Part shown: positions 25,366-34,880 of the stretch, in pieces
How the letters are laid out: every line of letters begins with the position of its first letter
Position numbering within the stretch: position 1 is the first letter of the stretch
From: a virus
Lineage: Duplodnaviria; Caudoviricetes
DNA: 47,813 bases
Virus record (IMG/VR): IMGVR_UViG_3300020045_009153
Span: 1 to 47,813 of that record
Direction: 5' to 3' (one strand)
Position numbers and translations under genes: made by a program
Notes under the pieces: model-generated
The model's database searches: none
Seen by the model: the letters and a program-made list of their open reading frames with translations, nothing else
Told to the model about the DNA's origin: nothing

Positions 25366-25394
25366 TATATACAGTGTAATTCACTATTTGTCAA
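25366..25394 (-). promoter_or_regulatory. sigma70-type promoter for the glycan-modification operon
   Basis: TTGACA (25394-25389), 17 nt, TATATA (25371-25366), then 7 nt to the ATG at 25358. Confidence 0.55.
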
Positions 25395-25481
25395 TTATAT
25401 TTTGTGAAGTAGCTATAAAAAATAATAGTTGACAAGTTGGTGCTATTTAGTCTTTAATCTTGGTAATAGGAGACCCATAGC

Positions 25482-25616
25482 ATGGAATGGATATTTACAG
25501 GTTTTATAATCTTAGCATGGCTACTTCATTTGTCTATCAAAGAAGATGAAAATTTTCTTGAAGATATGAAGCATAGAGAGCTTACGGACAAGATAGATGA
25601 TTTAAAATCTATTTAA
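25482..25616 (+). CDS. 44-aa single-pass membrane peptide on the opposite strand
   Basis: Read by eye: MEWIFTGFIILAWLLHLSIKEDENF...; AGGAG SD; TTGACA at 25429. Confidence 0.5.
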   Translation: MEWIFTGFIILAWLLHLSIKEDENFLEDMKHRELTDKIDDLKSI

Positions 25617-27004
25617 TCTCCAAAAATCTTTTTTAAAACCTTGTTTACAATTGGGATTCCAACTGAAGCTCCTAAAGTTCCTATAGCTAATTTTTTTCTA
25701 CCAAGAGTAGCACTTAATTTTCTTTCCAATTCAGGAAATTTAGCCCCTAAAAACTCCTGTTCCTGTCTTTTCGCGCCAAGCCTTTTCTCAGCTGTGGCGC
25801 GTTTTTGTTCAAACATCGCCTTTTGAAGTTTATTTTGATGAGCTACCTTTTTCGCTCTTTCAACGTGTGATGTCCCTAAACGTTCTCCAGTGCGACTCAA
25901 ATCTTCGATCTCATCTCCAATCGCTGTCCCTTTGGCCACTCTTTCTAATGCGCCCTTTCCTAAAGCCTTTGCTTCTTTAGCTATTTTATAAATAGGAGCA
26001 TGAGAAGCTTTTAATTTTTCAAGCCCCTTAACTGTATTTGGCAAAATATCCAAAATTTTCTGGTTTATAATTGTTTTAATCCTAGAGTTGTTACCAACTA
26101 ATGACATAACCCTCTTTATTTCAGATTGGACTTCCTTCGGGCTTAAAATGTCTGGCGCTCCACGTACCGGGCCTTCCAAAATATCATTAACTCTTTTTAT
26201 TAAACGATCTTGAACATTCAAATCATCAATCTCATCAACTGCGTTTAAAATTGAATCTGTGAAATCGCTCCTTTTCATTGTTGAGCTTAATTTGTTCAAT
26301 TCTTCTCCAAATCTTGCATTAGCTTCTTCAAATCTTCTTGAGATTTGTTCTTTGACAGCCTTAGCCCCACGATACGCTACAGTTTTGGCTTTCTCGGCTA
26401 ATGATTCACTCATCATCTTGCCTTGTTCTTTAAGCTGTGACAATTCTTCTTGAATCGGAATCTCAGATTTCTTTGATTTAAAAATCAAATCTTCAATAGA
26501 TTTGATATCTTTTTTAATAGGTCCAGTTCTGAAAGGTTTTGTAATATTCGGTATGTTCTTAATAAGTGATGTCGCCCCGCCAAGGCCCAACCCAGCCCAA
26601 GGAGCAATATCCGCAGACATTTCTAGATTTTTGCCATACTCCGTTTGTGGCGGTTGAATCATTGGACTAGATTCGTTAATTCCTGCTAGGTTAAGACCAA
26701 TTCCGATAGGCCCCATTTCAGCAGGGCCGACTCCTTGTCCGCGAGTCATGGGAATCTGACGGCCAGCAACTCTGCCTAAATCCGTAGCTTCTTGGCCTGA
26801 AGCTGGTAAAGCGGCGGTTATAGAAGTCCCTCCGAACGGCCCCATGCGTGACTGCCGAATAGCCTTCTGCAACAAATTCTCCGTATTTGGGATAGTATCA
26901 ACTTCCATATATGGGTCGTCGTCTATGTCCATATAAGGATCAATCTCTTGAGGTTGATTCCCTGCCCTCTTCATCAATTCTGCACCAGTGGGATAATTAG
27001 CCAT
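25613..27004 (-). CDS. putative DNA ejection/internal virion protein
   Basis: Position after nozzle; DPY repeats at N-terminus, Gly-rich hydrophobic segments, helical coiled coil. Confidence 0.6.
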   Translation of the reverse strand: MANYPTGAELMKRAGNQPQEIDPYMDIDDDPYMEVDTIPNTENLLQKAIRQSRMGPFGGTSITAALPASGQEATDLGRVAGRQIPMTRGQGVGPAEMGPIGIGLNLAGINESSPMIQPPQTEYGKNLEMSADIAPWAGLGLGGATSLIKNIPNITKPFRTGPIKKDIKSIEDLIFKSKKSEIPIQEELSQLKEQGKMMSESLAEKAKTVAYRGAKAVKEQISRRFEEANARFGEELNKLSSTMKRSDFTDSILNAVDEIDDLNVQDRLIKRVNDILEGPVRGAPDILSPKEVQSEIKRVMSLVGNNSRIKTIINQKILDILPNTVKGLEKLKASHAPIYKIAKEAKALGKGALERVAKGTAIGDEIEDLSRTGERLGTSHVERAKKVAHQNKLQKAMFEQKRATAEKRLGAKRQEQEFLGAKFPELERKLSATLGRKKLAIGTLGASVGIPIVNKVLKKIFGD

Positions 27005-27782
27005 TTAGCTCCTGTCCTGTCCTCGATCTGAAGATGTCAGCGACTTTCTTTGCATCTTTTCCAGATTGAATCGCAGCAATTGCTTTTTGTCTTTCTTGTT
27101 CAATTCCACCATTCTTGTTTTTGAATCCTGGCATACCTGGAACTGGGCTGCTTGGAAGCAACGTTGACATATCTCCTCCAGAATTAATAATGCCAAGATT
27201 TTGAAGCATTTGAACTCTGATAAACTCTCTAAATTTACTTAATTTCGATTCTGACGTTGCTGGAGCTTCGGGCAAAAAGAAATCCTGTATCCCTTGAAAC
27301 TTCATTTCTGGAACATTCTGCATAGCAATTGTCTGTTCCTGTTCCGCAAGATTGCCAACCTCTCCAAGACCTTTTGTGATCTGGCTTCTCTTGCCAAGAA
27401 GTTGATCAACGGCAGCTGAAAAATCAGGATCAGTTTCCATCTTCGCCTTGATTACAGCTTTTGCTGATTCAAATTTTCCTCGAAATCCAGTCTGTGTACT
27501 TGCATTTGGAAAAATCCTTTTAAATTCTGTTTCAAATTCATCAAGCACTGGAAGAATTTTCTTCAAAGAACCAATGGCAGTTACCGCTTCACCAACGGCT
27601 TTAGTTCTTCCGCTTGTTGCTATATCACGCTCTTCCTTCTCAATATTAAATGGCTTTTGAGCCATTTCTCTTGCTACAGCTATGTTATAAACTTCTTGAG
27701 GAGTTTGGCGCGAAGATTTTCCTCCAAAATTAAACTTTTGACGCTTTATTCCGCTCCCCTGAAACATTCTATTTTGTGCCAT
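26997..27782 (-). CDS. putative DNA ejection/internal virion protein
   Basis: Helical; GEVGNLAEQEQ motif and C-terminal A.AAI..G.D...V domain; synteny. Confidence 0.6.
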   Translation of the reverse strand: MAQNRMFQGSGIKRQKFNFGGKSSRQTPQEVYNIAVAREMAQKPFNIEKEERDIATSGRTKAVGEAVTAIGSLKKILPVLDEFETEFKRIFPNASTQTGFRGKFESAKAVIKAKMETDPDFSAAVDQLLGKRSQITKGLGEVGNLAEQEQTIAMQNVPEMKFQGIQDFFLPEAPATSESKLSKFREFIRVQMLQNLGIINSGGDMSTLLPSSPVPGMPGFKNKNGGIEQERQKAIAAIQSGKDAKKVADIFRSRTGQELNG

Positions 27783-27783
27783 A

Positions 27784-28971
27784 TTAAACTCCGATATTAA
27801 ACGTTGCTAATTGATTTTGTTGCTGCCCGTCACCAAGTAAAGCAGACCCAAGATCAAGAAATGTCTGTTTGAATAACTGAGCTTGTTGAACGTCAAGTCC
27901 TAATTGAGCCATTATGCGCTCAACATCCATTTGAGCAATCTGAATAAGCTGTTGCATATCCTGCTCACTCGCTCCTAGAGATGTCTGAATCTGAGCAAGC
28001 CTTTGCTGGTCAAAATTTGATTTCGTGTCCCTTGTGCGCGTAGCAACGGTGTCACTTTTCGCACGAGCAAACTGGTCTTGTACCTCTTGAAGATCACGAC
28101 GGAATGCGTTATCACTGCTAGGATCAGTCCCAGGTCTTAAGTTTCGATACAAATCCCTAACCTGATCTTCTGCTCTTGTTTGCTCTAAATTAAGTTGCCT
28201 CAAAGAAGCATCAATTTCGGGCTGAGAAAGAGGATCATAATTCTGACTCATCAATTCCTGCAATTTACCTTGTCCAAATTGCCCAAGAGCACTACCTCCC
28301 GATTGCACTCTAGACCTTGCGTCTTCAACGCTTTGCGGAAGCTCTGGGACTTTTGGGAATCCTTTAAAAAGCCCTGCGGCAACCGAACCAGCCCCAAGAG
28401 CTTGTTGTGGATTCTTGCCAAACCAATCAAGGACTTTGTTTAAAAATCCACCACCTCCGGTTGCATTGCCAGCCACACCTGCAACACCACGCCCCATTCC
28501 GACATTAACACCTTTACCTGCACTCGTAATCCCAGAAAAAGCATTAGGAGCCGCCGCATTCGCCGCAAAAGCTTGGCCACCTCCAAAAAAGTTTCCAAGA
28601 GCCGAAGGAATAGCGTTAACAGCACCCCTTCCGCCACCAGATGCAGCGCCTCCAGCAACAGACATTCCAGCTCCGAGAGCTGGATTTGCCATAGCAACAA
28701 ATGGAGCCACAGTTTGAGCAATCTTTCCAAAACCACCTATAACCTTACCGAAATCCTTATATCTAACACCTTCAAATTCGTCAGTTGGAATCTCTTCAAC
28801 GAAGTGATCAAATTCGTGGTCAATAAGATACTTGTTTAATTCAGGATACGAAGAGTACCTGATATAAGCGGTATTAGTCCTAGGATCAGCGACACCCAAA
28901 GAAGTGCTAATCCTGCTGTATGGTAATTTCTCAAAATCTTTGTTTGATAAAACCTTTATAGAGTATCCCAT
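27784..28971 (-). CDS. putative pilot/ejection protein with N-terminal HExxH domain
   Basis: HEFDH in N-terminal domain; Gly/Ala-rich middle; Gln-rich coiled-coil C-terminus. Confidence 0.6.
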   Translation of the reverse strand: MGYSIKVLSNKDFEKLPYSRISTSLGVADPRTNTAYIRYSSYPELNKYLIDHEFDHFVEEIPTDEFEGVRYKDFGKVIGGFGKIAQTVAPFVAMANPALGAGMSVAGGAASGGGRGAVNAIPSALGNFFGGGQAFAANAAAPNAFSGITSAGKGVNVGMGRGVAGVAGNATGGGGFLNKVLDWFGKNPQQALGAGSVAAGLFKGFPKVPELPQSVEDARSRVQSGGSALGQFGQGKLQELMSQNYDPLSQPEIDASLRQLNLEQTRAEDQVRDLYRNLRPGTDPSSDNAFRRDLQEVQDQFARAKSDTVATRTRDTKSNFDQQRLAQIQTSLGASEQDMQQLIQIAQMDVERIMAQLGLDVQQAQLFKQTFLDLGSALLGDGQQQNQLATFNIGV

Positions 28972-29543
28972 TAGAAAGTAATCCTCCCTGAGTAATTTCC
29001 CTTAAGACGCTGGAGAAGGTCTGGTGGCAAGCCTTCGATTCCATTCCCAGATTGTCCGATCCCGGTCTGTATGCCTCCAGTAACTGTCTCAGAAACTCTC
29101 GGCGAAGCAGTTCCTTCACCCTGCGCCCCGCTTACAGTGCTTGAAAAAAATCTTCCAAACGGAGAATCCTCTAGCCCCCCCATTCCTCCTGTAACTGTCT
29201 GAGACTTTTCTCCTTCGCCCATGTGAAACGTGCCTTTGTCCTGATTCTGAAGCCCAGGGATTGGAAGATTGATAGGATTGTAAAAAACCCTTAAAAAATC
29301 TTTAAACTTCTTATGTCTAATCCCGTTTGGATCTTGATGGGTTGATTCATCCATTTCAAGCTCTTCCAACTCGTGGTTGATAAGATACTTATTCAAATCA
29401 TGAATATTTGAACCCCTCACGTAAGCAAGCCCTTTTTCCCTATCAGCAAAGCCAAGATTTGACCCATCGACATAGGAATACCTTGGGTCTAACTTGGCTA
29501 CCTTATCAAACTCCTCACTGTTTAAAACTTTAATTTCGTACAT
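28971..29543 (-). CDS. virion-associated protein, N-terminal domain paralogous to 27784-28971
   Basis: GAGGAGG SD; shared IKVL..LG.AD..AY.R..LNKYLI.HE..G.R.K. Confidence 0.65.
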   Translation of the reverse strand: MYEIKVLNSEEFDKVAKLDPRYSYVDGSNLGFADREKGLAYVRGSNIHDLNKYLINHELEELEMDESTHQDPNGIRHKKFKDFLRVFYNPINLPIPGLQNQDKGTFHMGEGEKSQTVTGGMGGLEDSPFGRFFSSTVSGAQGEGTASPRVSETVTGGIQTGIGQSGNGIEGLPPDLLQRLKGNYSGRITF

Positions 29544-29940
29544 TTTGAATCCTCCTCTTAGCAATTACCATTCTGTCTCCCCACCAATCCCAACGATGCC
29601 AAGCACCGTGAGTCATTTGTGGATGAATTTTTAATATTTCATTTTCAACCTTAAACCTTATTTCTTTATTCCAGCCTCTTGATACTAATTTCTCAAGGTA
29701 AACTATTTTCCCATAATCATCATGATCTCTAAATTCCCAAGTGTTCTTTTTGAAAAAGAAATCAGTGTCATCAGACATTGAAAAAAACAAAACAGAATGA
29801 ACATCTCTATTCTCATAAATAATAATAACCCTGTCAGCCTCGATCATCCTAGTGACATAATCCACAGCACTAAGGACTTCGTTTCTTTTAAACCTTATGC
29901 CGTTTTCGCCCATGAATAGTAAAATATCAATCGGTGTCAT
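29530..29940 (-). CDS. hypothetical protein (possible acyltransferase-like fold)
   Basis: Occupies the position of GNAT-like genes before ejection proteins in podoviruses; no firm motif. Confidence 0.5.
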   Translation of the reverse strand: MTPIDILLFMGENGIRFKRNEVLSAVDYVTRMIEADRVIIIYENRDVHSVLFFSMSDDTDFFFKKNTWEFRDHDDYGKIVYLEKLVSRGWNKEIRFKVENEILKIHPQMTHGAWHRWDWWGDRMVIAKRRIQNVRN

Positions 29941-30182
29941 AAATTAAACTGAAAGCCAAGAGCCCAAGTAGAAGCGTTGTCGGTCGTGCAAACATAAAAT
30001 CTTCCAGTTGTCCCAGCGATAAAATAAACCCCCTCACCCAATCTTCCAACCCATCCAGGAGGAGCTGTGGTCAAAACCTGTGGCTGGTACTTCCCAAAAT
30101 TCAAAACCCTTCTCACATCGTCATTGAAATCTCTTTGGTTCTGAGAAACTTTAGAATCGTCAGCATCAGATATTTTAGCCAT
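29937..30182 (-). CDS. small virion-associated hypothetical protein
   Basis: Coupled to the nozzle gene. Confidence 0.55.
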   Translation of the reverse strand: MAKISDADDSKVSQNQRDFNDDVRRVLNFGKYQPQVLTTAPPGWVGRLGEGVYFIAGTTGRFYVCTTDNASTWALGFQFNL

Positions 30183-33009
30183 TATTTTCAGTCTGCCCTA
30201 TGCCAAGACCCTCTGTGAAAAAGTCATGCCTTAATAATACCCAAGGATCGCTTGTTCCGCCAGAAGTCGTAATTCTATATTGAAAAGAATTACTCTCTGA
30301 AGGAACATCCACAGATTTTTGAATTATTTTCTTTGAACCAGTTCCTGAGAGCACAAAATTATCTCTATCTTTAAACGATTTTTCAAAATTAACACTTTCC
30401 TTAATATAAATTCTTCCCGCTGTAGTGTTAAAAAAATACAGGTCTAGGTTGTGATTTTTTTGCGCCTGAGACGGTGACTTATCAAAAATATAATTAGAGT
30501 CATAAATGTCATTGATCGGGGTCACTCCGAAATCCTTGTTGCCTGAATCTAGCATGTGACATCGCCCTGAACGGTCAAAAGCCATCATATAAGTGGTGTT
30601 ATTTGACTCTGCCGAACACATGGTATTAAAAGGTCTGTTATCATCTGGCCAAAAAGACATATTTCTTCCACTGAAATTAAGAAAATTTGTCGTATTTGTT
30701 GAGTTTTCTCCTATAGAGAGACAAAGCCTGTAATAGCCCTCTTTGCGATCAATCTCGGCGAATGACACGACCTTACCAGATCCCGCATTACTGATCTTAT
30801 TTAGCGCAAAATCACAATATTTATTGTCAAATTCAATTATGCTTGATATAATTTTATCTTCAGAACCGTCAAAGACCCGCAGCTTGTTTCCCCAATCAAG
30901 TCCTAAAGCAACCTCACCGATACCCTCGATAAACACCACTTTGACGGTTCTTGGCACAAACCCGAAGTCTTTTATCTTTCTGTAAGACCAATCGGGATTA
31001 CCTCCGACAAAATCTAAACCATAAAGAAAATATCTAGTGCTGACATAAAGCCTTCGTCGCAAGACAAACCCGTTGGTTATCTCATCATCCGACGATGATG
31101 GGATGTCAAAACTATCACCCCAATCGCCAGTGACTTGAGTGTTTTCATCTTCCCAATAAAAAGCCCTCTTGCGACCGCTTTTATTTAACCCTATGAGGAA
31201 TCCTTGGTGGTTTACGAAATACTTAACAAGCGGGGCTGAAACGTTTAACATGCTCATAAAAGTACCAGCAGACCCAGCCCACAAAAGAGGGGTATCGTAA
31301 GAATCTGAGCCTGAAACTAAAATATTCTTTGATCTCTCAAAATATTGATAGTTAGCGGTTCTATCCGTTGCTATGGTCACCCAAGTTACGCCAAGGTTAG
31401 AAGAAGCATAAATCCCAGTTGCTGCGGAAACAACTAGCCATCGTATGTTGGATGCCCCAAAGTCGAAAGAGGCCCAAGGGTCTCTCCCGAAGGCCCCTTG
31501 GATTGTATTCCCAGAACCGGAGCTGTAAAGATTCGATCTGTCAGTCGTATCTAGGTGTTTTTTCCAAAACCCAGTTTCGTCAATTCTTCCGTCAAAATAT
31601 CTAGCATTCCCTCCATTTGAAATAGCACCAACAACAAATGGTGCAGATCCAGACCTTACCCCTGAAGTGTAAGCCGCAGAATTCATCGAAAGGTTGATCC
31701 CAACAGCCAATAGGTCACTACCTGCACTATGATAGGCTACCACGTTGTACCAAGTCGATGTCGTAACAGCACCAAAACTAGTCGCTGTTATTCTGCCATT
31801 GTGAACAGTCCCTGAGCTAGATACTTCAAAAGTAACAATGTTATCTGTGTTAACGTATAAAAAATACTCAAATTCTGTGCCGCTGGCTGGGTTTGAATAG
31901 GCAGTTGAAGGAGGTGAAAATGTTCCAGTATATTCAGCCCTTCCCTTTATCACTCTGAACTCATCAATCCATCCGTCAAAGAATCTCGTTAACCCAGCAC
32001 CTATTTTTATCCCTGCCGTCCCAGAGTCTATTGAAGTGCTGTCAGTTTCACTTCCTATAACTACACCATCGACAAAAAGTTTTAAAGCAGTCCCGCTACG
32101 AGCTAAAGCAACGTGATACCAAACTGAGGCCGAAGGAGTCCAGCTTCCTGCAATCTTAACAGAGCCGTTGAAGTATACCGAAACACTCCCGGCTCCATAC
32201 TCCATTAAAATGCCTTTATTGGCGTTAAAATCCCCGAATTCGAATATATCCATTGTTTCAACGGTGTTCCAACGAATCCAAAAATCGATAGTAAAATCAC
32301 CAGCGTAGTCCCAGTCCGTGCTATCAGCCAAAGAAAGAGACTCGTCAACTCCGTCGAAAAGGGCCGAAGCCACTCCAAACTTTGACTGGCCAGTGTCTAT
32401 CTGAGCCCCGCCGTTTGAAGTGACTGTCTTGGCACTAATACTATTATCTGTAAAAGTGGTTGATCCGTCTGAACCATCAGCATGTAAAAGAAGGACATAA
32501 TCATTCCCCGTAGAGTTGTCTCTTTTTGAAATAATCGTTCTCTCTAACGAAGTGCTTGTGGAATTGAGATAAAACCAAGAAGAAATTGAGAAATCAACAT
32601 CCCCAGTAGCTAAGGTGGATGTGTTTTCGTGCAGTAGATATTGTGTGTTAGCGACAACAAATGATGCGGCTTGTTTGTTTATCCCAGAAGCTTGACCCAC
32701 TGAATTATTGTCAGTTAGAGAATTCCCGCCAAAAGAGTCAACCCTTGTTCCTGATGGTTCATTCATGTTCCAAAAAGCAATAAGATTTGAAGTAATTCCT
32801 CCCGTTGGAGAGAATCCGCTTCCAGCTGAGTCAGCAATCACAACAGTATTCATGGTCACCGTGCCAAGTCGTTTCATCTTAGACCCGTCATGCTCAACAC
32901 GGATATTCATCATGTTTGGAGACTGGTCTTTTGTCACCGTGAAGATATTAGGATTCGTGTTTAATCCTTTGCCTTCATAACTTACTAAATCGACGACTTT
33001 TTGTAACAT
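30175..33009 (-). CDS. tail nozzle / tubular protein B-like with inserted LamG domains
   Basis: GLN...SP..MN....G...KR.G N-terminus and beta-propeller-like body; LamG motifs DFTIDFW, WYHVA, FDGWIDEFR, FDGRIDE. Confidence 0.75.
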   Translation of the reverse strand: MLQKVVDLVSYEGKGLNTNPNIFTVTKDQSPNMMNIRVEHDGSKMKRLGTVTMNTVVIADSAGSGFSPTGGITSNLIAFWNMNEPSGTRVDSFGGNSLTDNNSVGQASGINKQAASFVVANTQYLLHENTSTLATGDVDFSISSWFYLNSTSTSLERTIISKRDNSTGNDYVLLLHADGSDGSTTFTDNSISAKTVTSNGGAQIDTGQSKFGVASALFDGVDESLSLADSTDWDYAGDFTIDFWIRWNTVETMDIFEFGDFNANKGILMEYGAGSVSVYFNGSVKIAGSWTPSASVWYHVALARSGTALKLFVDGVVIGSETDSTSIDSGTAGIKIGAGLTRFFDGWIDEFRVIKGRAEYTGTFSPPSTAYSNPASGTEFEYFLYVNTDNIVTFEVSSSGTVHNGRITATSFGAVTTSTWYNVVAYHSAGSDLLAVGINLSMNSAAYTSGVRSGSAPFVVGAISNGGNARYFDGRIDETGFWKKHLDTTDRSNLYSSGSGNTIQGAFGRDPWASFDFGASNIRWLVVSAATGIYASSNLGVTWVTIATDRTANYQYFERSKNILVSGSDSYDTPLLWAGSAGTFMSMLNVSAPLVKYFVNHQGFLIGLNKSGRKRAFYWEDENTQVTGDWGDSFDIPSSSDDEITNGFVLRRRLYVSTRYFLYGLDFVGGNPDWSYRKIKDFGFVPRTVKVVFIEGIGEVALGLDWGNKLRVFDGSEDKIISSIIEFDNKYCDFALNKISNAGSGKVVSFAEIDRKEGYYRLCLSIGENSTNTTNFLNFSGRNMSFWPDDNRPFNTMCSAESNNTTYMMAFDRSGRCHMLDSGNKDFGVTPINDIYDSNYIFDKSPSQAQKNHNLDLYFFNTTAGRIYIKESVNFEKSFKDRDNFVLSGTGSKKIIQKSVDVPSESNSFQYRITTSGGTSDPWVLLRHDFFTEGLGIGQTENNG

Positions 33010-34134
33010 TTATCTCCTATAATCCCATTCTTCCTGGATACCGTGAATATCTTGAGAATAAGTTCTGCTGACATAAATTCTCTTAGCATCTGATAAAACT
33101 TGAGCATATCTTGTCAAATAAACAGCGGCCATATCATCATTTTGATCTGCTAAAATATGAGCAGCCGCGCCATAAATAATAGCAGGATGAAGCATGGCTG
33201 GCATTCTTGGCACATTACTGATTACATAGTTAGCCGAATTAGTCACAGCCGAATTTGCAAATGCAACCCTTAATGTCATTGAAGAATCGTCTGTTATTTT
33301 TATAGCGGGATACCAAGATGAATCTTGTCCTTTTCCGTAAGCATCAATTCTAAAAAAGTTAACAGTGTTAGAATCCGTCCCTATGTCAACAAAGCGTGTG
33401 GTTGTATACCCAGTAACAGAAGTTGAGCGTGCAGGAACACTGCTTATATGCCCAGAGGAAGTGGCCATTAAGGGCTTTAGTCTCCGATAGTAGTCATAAG
33501 AATAGACCCTAGTATCTTTTGGAGCTGGACTAAATTCAATCAATGGATTCCCTGCCGTGTCTTGGCCTATCAGACGCATTCTCTCTGGAATGCTAGGTTG
33601 GCTTGAGTAATTTTCAGAGTATTCTTGATAAGGTTCCTCTGGGAGAATTTCCTTTCCACCACTCCATTTATAAATACCGCCATCTTTAGGGAATCTGTCA
33701 AAATCCACTGATAGAGCATATTTTGGCTGAAAAATGGAGTAACTTCCATTCAAGATGTTGTTTTGACCTTGGAACTCTGGGAGAATTTGTAACGAATTAA
33801 CAGCCATAAAACTTGTGACTTCGTAAACAACTTCATTCCCTGAAAATTTAATCATTCTTCCGTTCATGCTATCTATCATCACAGCATCGGAAGAAAAAGA
33901 AACAATATTGCTCCCAGTATTAATTGTTGCGTTCCCAGTCTTGAACTCTCCGATTGTTGTTATCGAAGACGACGCCATAAGGAAAGACCAATCATGCTTA
34001 GTCGGTATGTCACGAGTGTACATATCTTGGACAACGCCCCTTATTTTTTCTATGGCATTGTCTGGGCTTCTGGTTATCGACTTAACTCGTTCAACGATCT
34101 CTGTGTATGGGATTTCTGTGGTCGTGTTGCTCAT
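33010..34134 (-). CDS. head-tail adaptor / tubular protein A-like
   Basis: HDWSFL, Y.L..DF, F.PAP, H.AIIYGA; directly upstream of the nozzle. Confidence 0.7.
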   Translation of the reverse strand: MSNTTTEIPYTEIVERVKSITRSPDNAIEKIRGVVQDMYTRDIPTKHDWSFLMASSSITTIGEFKTGNATINTGSNIVSFSSDAVMIDSMNGRMIKFSGNEVVYEVTSFMAVNSLQILPEFQGQNNILNGSYSIFQPKYALSVDFDRFPKDGGIYKWSGGKEILPEEPYQEYSENYSSQPSIPERMRLIGQDTAGNPLIEFSPAPKDTRVYSYDYYRRLKPLMATSSGHISSVPARSTSVTGYTTTRFVDIGTDSNTVNFFRIDAYGKGQDSSWYPAIKITDDSSMTLRVAFANSAVTNSANYVISNVPRMPAMLHPAIIYGAAAHILADQNDDMAAVYLTRYAQVLSDAKRIYVSRTYSQDIHGIQEEWDYRR

Positions 34135-34433
34135 TTAAAGAACCTTCTTTTGATCACCTTCCACTGAAGGTGAACTATGAGATTAATCCAACCTCCGAGC
34201 ATGAGCGCAGAAACAAGCCAAGAAAGGCCCTCATTGGCAAGACTCCAAGACCAATAAAGCTGACTTATGCTATGGCCGTTGGAGATTTTGCTGAATACCT
34301 CCATGCCTATAACCCAAAGACAGCATCCCATCATGGTTGTAAACCACAACCACTTGGGAAGCTTGTCTTTAACTATAAATGTCCAACCCACTAAACTCCC
34401 TATAAGGGTTGTACCGAAAATTATTTCTCCCAT
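34131..34433 (-). CDS. three-TM membrane protein
   Basis: Three hydrophobic helices, basic C-terminus; holin-like topology. Confidence 0.55.
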   Translation of the reverse strand: MGEIIFGTTLIGSLVGWTFIVKDKLPKWLWFTTMMGCCLWVIGMEVFSKISNGHSISQLYWSWSLANEGLSWLVSALMLGGWINLIVHLQWKVIKRRFFK

Positions 34434-34709
34434 TTATTTTTCCTCTTTCTTAGTCAGTGCATGACCGCCTATGAGCATAGCGATTGCAAAAGAAAGATAA
34501 CCGAGTCCTTTTGTGGCTGGCATTGCCGCTCCTGGGATTGCTGAACCCGCGATCCCGCCTACCAATTCGCCTGTTTCCTGCCACTTCTTTGCGCTATCCA
34601 CGCATGCCGTATCAGCCTTACATGCCTCCCAGTTATCTTTTTGAGCTTGTATCAGCGCACAACCGCTCATTGATATCGCAAGAAAAAGAATTACTATAAT
34701 TTTACTCAT
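34434..34709 (-). CDS. putative lipoprotein
   Basis: Signal peptide with lipobox-like MSGC; hydrophobic C-terminal segment. Confidence 0.6.
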   Translation of the reverse strand: MSKIIVILFLAISMSGCALIQAQKDNWEACKADTACVDSAKKWQETGELVGGIAGSAIPGAAMPATKGLGYLSFAIAMLIGGHALTKKEEK

Positions 34710-34870
34710 TTTACACCTGCCCTTAAAGTTGCAAGTCCTGTGGGGAGTAAAATCCCTTGAATGAGTTGGTACGTGTGTTCATCTAAGTATCCAATTGAAT
34801 ACGCGAAAGTTACCACTGACCAAACTGCCGCGATTAAATACGTTTTCTTTCCCTTTAATTTGTCTAACAT
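34706..34870 (-). CDS. small two-TM holin-like protein
   Basis: Read by eye: MLDKLKGKKTYLIAAVW...GLATLRAGVK (54 aa); AAGGGGG SD; ATGA-coupled. Confidence 0.65.
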   Translation of the reverse strand: MLDKLKGKKTYLIAAVWSVVTFAYSIGYLDEHTYQLIQGILLPTGLATLRAGVK

Positions 34871-34880
34871 ACGCCCCCCT

